From positions 120,189,460 to 120,252,827 of the forward strand of contig NC_068983.1 of assembly GCF_001194135.2 (NCBI RefSeq): a DNA stretch of 63,368 nucleotides. Direction: 5' to 3'. The notes under the pieces are model-generated. The model saw only the letters and a list, made by a program, of their open reading frames with translations, was not told where the DNA came from and did not search any database. The DNA comes from Octopus bimaculoides (taxonomy: Eukaryota). Every line of letters begins with the position of its first letter. Position 1 is the stretch's first letter. Below, piece after piece: positions 63,102 through 63,368 of this stretch. The position numbers were made by a program, and so were the translations under genes.

Positions 63102-63199
63102 TGTTGTTGACAATGACTTTGAAATTTCGGCCAGCTAGGACTGACCACAGTCCAATGATGACTTAGCTGGCTGAAACTTCAAAGTCACTGTCAACAACA
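63102..63199. repeat. Inverted repeat (37-bp arms) with hammerhead-like remnants
   Basis: TGTTGTTGACAATGACTTTGAAATTTCGGCCAGCTAG / TTAGCTGGCTGAAACTTCAAAGTCACTGTCAACAACA. Contains GAAAC-TTCAAA-GTC|ACTGT. Confidence 0.7.
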
Positions 63200-63214
63200 T
63201 AAATGTATAAAAAT

Positions 63215-63275
63215 TATATATATACACACACACATATATAATATATATATACATATATACACACATATATATAGA

Positions 63276-63368
<93 letters not shown>
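63215..63368. repeat. Compound (TA)/(CA)/(TC) microsatellite
   Basis: Direct reading. Confidence 0.95.

Overview
This is eukaryotic, AT-rich, repeat-dense genomic DNA with about 13 N-gaps. The repeat families, TTAGGG-type repeats and gene structure suggest an octopus or other coleoid mollusc; that is an inference. One complete six-exon gene can be built on the + strand: a GDE1-type glycerophosphodiester phosphodiesterase (CDS 9328-37717, 1053 nt, 350 aa, all introns GT-AG). Two further candidate coding exons of an unidentified convergent minus-strand gene lie at about 54.5 kb and 43.9 kb. The rest is transposon debris: three tRNA-headed SINE families, RTE 3'-end and RT fragments, mariner remnants, hAT and piggyBac-type MITEs with target-site duplications (TSDs), an R4/Dong-like remnant, CR1/L2-like remnants and a Penelope GIY-YIG fragment. 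Two signals stand out. (1) Several sequence-unrelated minimal type-I hammerhead ribozyme motifs (2.7, 43.2, 56.6, 58.7/58.9 and 63.1 kb), mostly inside head-to-head palindromes, in a window that also carries Penelope endonuclease sequence. (2) Foldback/Mutator-like elements built around telomeric (CCCTAA)n repeats, the best with ~100-bp TIRs and a 9-bp TSD. No CRISPR, rRNA or genuine tRNA genes were seen.
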